Shown: positions 63,493-64,000 of the stretch, piece by piece
How positions within the stretch are numbered: position 1 is the stretch's first letter
Layout: each line of letters opens with the position of its first letter
Assembly: GCA_964016885.1 (NCBI GenBank)
Contig: OZ024740.1
Location: 107,694,001-107,758,000, forward strand
Source of the DNA: Eledone cirrhosa
Lineage: Eukaryota
Direction of reading: 5' to 3'
DNA: 64,000 nucleotides
Translations under genes and position numbers: made by a program
Notes under the pieces: generated by a model
What the model was told of the DNA's origin: nothing
Database searches by the model: none
The model's input: only the letters and a program-made list of their open reading frames with translations

Positions 63493-64000
63493 TTCTGCGA
63501 CGCCAATGACATGTCGATATGTAACACAAACTTCAAAAAACCCGACAACCACCTGATCACCTATAGATCAGGGGAGCATTCTAGTCAGATAGATTTTATC
63601 CTCATCAGAGGACGTGATAGATGGACGGTCGTAAACACAAAAGCCTTCCCTAGTGAGGAATGTACCTCCCAACATAGCTTAGTTGTCAGCGACCTCACAG
63701 TCAGAACTAGACGAACCTGGAAACAGAGGCCAACCTGGAGAAGAAAGATCTGGAGGCTGAAAGACCCCTCAGCCAGTAACAGATTTAAAGATATTTTACT
63801 CAACGCCTACGACAGTAAAGAAGAACAAATAGAGACATTCAATGTAGAAGAGCACTTACTAGAGGCGACAGATGAGGTCTGTGGCTGGAGTAAGACCACA
63901 AGCAGGAGGAGAGTGACTTGGTGGTGGAACAATAAGGTAGATGAGGCAGTTAAGGCCAAGAGAGAAGCATGGAAAGAATGGAAGAACGGGGGGAGCAGGG
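63493..64000 (+). mobile_element. RTE LINE, 5'-truncated inside the AP-endonuclease; frame open to the window edge
   Basis: Manual translation: FCDANDMSICNTNFKKPDNHLITYRSGEHSSQIDFIL...SQHSLVV...IWRLKDP...VTWWWN; no stops. Confidence 0.9.

Overview
AT-rich, repeat-saturated eukaryotic DNA. The SINE/LINE repertoire and microsatellite load resemble an octopod cephalopod (inference from pattern recognition only). I cannot support any host protein-coding gene, and one 200-N assembly gap is present. The window holds: (i) many 5'-truncated RTE-clade LINEs of at least three families, one with a PHD-type zinc finger inside its RT; (ii) at least four Penelope-like elements (PLEs) with C-terminal GIY-YIG remnants plus several non-coding PLE-type ends, nearly all in (TA)n tracts as asymmetric inverted duplications; (iii) a series of type I hammerhead ribozymes at those PLE ends, several with intact cores and covarying stems; (iv) tRNA-derived SINEs, TTAA, TA and hAT-type MITEs, a probable non-autonomous Helitron and an RLE-type LINE fragment; (v) minisatellites, two of them built from transposon pieces. 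All calls are by eye, and most boundaries are approximate.
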